Assembly (NCBI GenBank): GCA_009843625.1
Contig: VYDD01000156.1
Location: forward strand, 2,566-61,847
Origin: Gammaproteobacteria bacterium
Lineage (GTDB): Bacteria > Gemmatimonadota > Gemmatimonadetes > Longimicrobiales > Gaopeijiaceae
Reading direction: 5' to 3'
Length of the DNA stretch: 59,282 bases
In this document: piece by piece, positions 57,796 to 59,282 of the stretch
Position numbering within the stretch: position 1 is the stretch's first letter
How the letters are laid out: every line of letters begins with the position of its first letter
Program-made: the position numbers and the translations under genes
The notes under the pieces: generated by a model
Seen by the model: the letters and a program-made list of their open reading frames with translations, nothing else
Database searches by the model: none
What the model was told of the DNA's origin: nothing

Positions 57796-58272
57796 ATGTT
57801 TTGGTTGAAGGTGGCGACAACTGCTTGGTTTGTCGTCGCGATTGCCGGCTACCTCTATGTAGCGGGCGCAGTTGCGCTAGGCTGGTGGCCGACACAAGCT
57901 CCCCTACAAGCAGCGGCGAGAGTCTGGTTCCATTGCGCAGCCGCTGGCGGGCTTGGCGCCACGTTGTACGCCCTTCGAGGGTTCTATTGGTCCGTCGGCC
58001 CCGAAAGGAGCGGCAGCCAGCGATTCACCTATGATCCCTCATGGACATGGTGGTACGTGCTCCGCCCGATTGCGGGTAGTGTCTTGGGGCTCATTGGGTA
58101 CGTGGCCGCACGCGTAGCATTGAGCCCCGTGCGGGTTCCGGCCCCGATGGACGAGCAATCCGCCTTGCCGTTTGTCGCGATTTCGTTTGCTGCGGGCTTC
58201 AGCCTGACGCGAGTTCTTGCTTGGCTTGACCGCAGGGTTGTAGCCCTATTCGGCGACCGAGACCGATCGTGA
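57796..58272 (+). CDS. Hypothetical integral membrane protein (about 4 TM)
   Basis: 158-aa ORF with four long hydrophobic, Trp/Ala/Gly-rich segments. Confidence 0.6.
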   Translation: MFWLKVATTAWFVVAIAGYLYVAGAVALGWWPTQAPLQAAARVWFHCAAAGGLGATLYALRGFYWSVGPERSGSQRFTYDPSWTWWYVLRPIAGSVLGLIGYVAARVALSPVRVPAPMDEQSALPFVAISFAAGFSLTRVLAWLDRRVVALFGDRDRS

Positions 58273-58397
58273 CGCCACCGGTGGACGAGCAGTGACTGTC
58301 GCCCCCGAACCCATCCTGAGTGGGCGGGCGTGGCGTCGGTGCGCAGCTACACGGTGCTGCCGCCCCGCATCACGCGCTCCATGGATCGGTCATTCCT

Positions 58398-59282
58398 CTA
58401 GGCCCACTCCAAGCGGCTCCGAAGCGAGTTGAGCTTCGAGCCCCATGGAACCAAGTCGTTGTGCTGAAGGCGGCCCACGACGATGCCTGGGTCAATGCCA
58501 AGGTCTGAGGCCGCTGCTCTGATGCTCGACTCACTGAACTCGGATCGGAGGACAAACTCCTCCCACGCGTCCACTGGGATCAGCAACTCCTCTGCGAGAC
58601 GATTCGCTTCCACCTCCCGCGGACTTCTGCGGGGGTTGCCGTCCAGTTCAACAAACACGTGCCGATGTTCGTGCATGAGTACGTGGGCCGCTTCATGGAA
58701 GAAGGTGAACCAGAAGATGTCGGCCCAGCTGTAGCGAAGGTTGAGTTGAATCAGGGCCTTTCGTGGATTGAGCCACCGAGCGACTCCATTGGCACCGATC
58801 TTCGCGAATTCCGGTACGACGATCGCTGCTACTCCAGCACGGGCGCACGTCTGCTGAAGGTCTCTCCAAGCGGCGCTCGGTGGGTGCGTCGTGAGGACTC
58901 GCGCATGCTCGATCGCTTCGCGGAACAGCGCTTCGTCGTAGTCCGCGGTCTCGAGATCGATGCCCTCGACTTCACCCTTCCGCACCCAAGCGGCCAGTGC
59001 GCCGGTGTCGATTGCCGCGTTTCCGGTCACGCGGAAACCCAACGCCTCCTGGTATTCGGCGTCCCAATTCGAGAATGACGCGACACCAAAGAACTTCAGC
59101 AGCGCGCGCAACCGTGCCACTGGCTCCGCGGCGGTCGGAATCCAGCCGCGGTGCTCCATTTCTCCCACCGGGAAACGGTCGAGCCAATCCAGCTCTGTCC
59201 GCAAAGCCGAATCGTCGGCAGCGCGGGCAAGCGCTAGCCGATACCGTGCCTCGAGATTCACCCAGACCTGCGCCGGCGTTCC
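58398..59282 (-). CDS. ImmA/IrrE-family metallopeptidase domain protein (probably an XRE-HTH fusion), 5' end beyond the window
   Basis: HEXXH motif FFHEAAHVLMHE. The frame stays open to the window edge (..TPAQVWVNLEARYRL resembles the end of a HigA/XRE HTH). Confidence 0.75.
   Translation of the reverse strand, partial: GTPAQVWVNLEARYRLALARAADDSALRTELDWLDRFPVGEMEHRGWIPTAAEPVARLRALLKFFGVASFSNWDAEYQEALGFRVTGNAAIDTGALAAWVRKGEVEGIDLETADYDEALFREAIEHARVLTTHPPSAAWRDLQQTCARAGVAAIVVPEFAKIGANGVARWLNPRKALIQLNLRYSWADIFWFTFFHEAAHVLMHEHRHVFVELDGNPRRSPREVEANRLAEELLIPVDAWEEFVLRSEFSESSIRAAASDLGIDPGIVVGRLQHNDLVPWGSKLNSLRSRLEWA

Overview
This is a high-GC, actinobacterial-type chromosomal segment with three zones.

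(1) 1-9960: one translationally coupled operon. It encodes a family-5 SBP ABC importer (lipoprotein, two permeases, fused double ATPase), two TMD-NBD half-exporters and an MFS protein.

(2) ~10.0-17.4 kb: a dense array of type II/IV toxin-antitoxin modules. It contains MazEF, three VapBC pairs and HigBA. It also holds several orphan or decayed antitoxins: a frameshifted RHH, a Phd-like gene, a DUF6088/AbiEi-like gene and an AbiEi gene.

(3) ~17.6-53.5 kb: a compositionally mosaic, visibly more A/T-rich defence island. No integrase or tRNA was found in the window. Its contents, in order:
- SIR2-HerA with a coupled KTSC-domain gene
- an AAA_14/DUF4143 ATPase coupled to a 1373-aa STAND NTPase with a C-terminal PD-(D/E)xK-like module
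- gene debris (a carbamate kinase remnant and an NYN fragment)
- a tight five-gene cassette: thyX, amino-methyltransferase, PRTase-like protein, P-loop NTPase and a 325-aa unknown
- a GmrSD-type (DUF262/HNH) enzyme
- a type III R-M locus whose res gene is split by an in-frame TAG
- a four-gene, translationally coupled operon: DnaQ-like exonuclease/BRCT, amino-methyltransferase, HerA-like ATPase and NurA-like nuclease

The last 6 kb carries ordinary-looking genes: a DUF2177-like membrane protein, an FAD oxidoreductase, an EEP-family protein, a Cys-rich protein, a membrane protein and an XRE/ImmA-type peptidase cut by the window edge.

A seven-copy family of GACCCCCAGT-type hairpins sits in intergenic gaps, mostly at module boundaries.

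The best candidates for undescribed systems are the thyX-MTase-PRTase-NTPase cassette (32188-38626), the MTase-HerA-NurA-exonuclease operon (47730-53434) and the two-ATPase STAND locus (23152-28514). All functional calls rest on motif recognition by eye. No database search was run.
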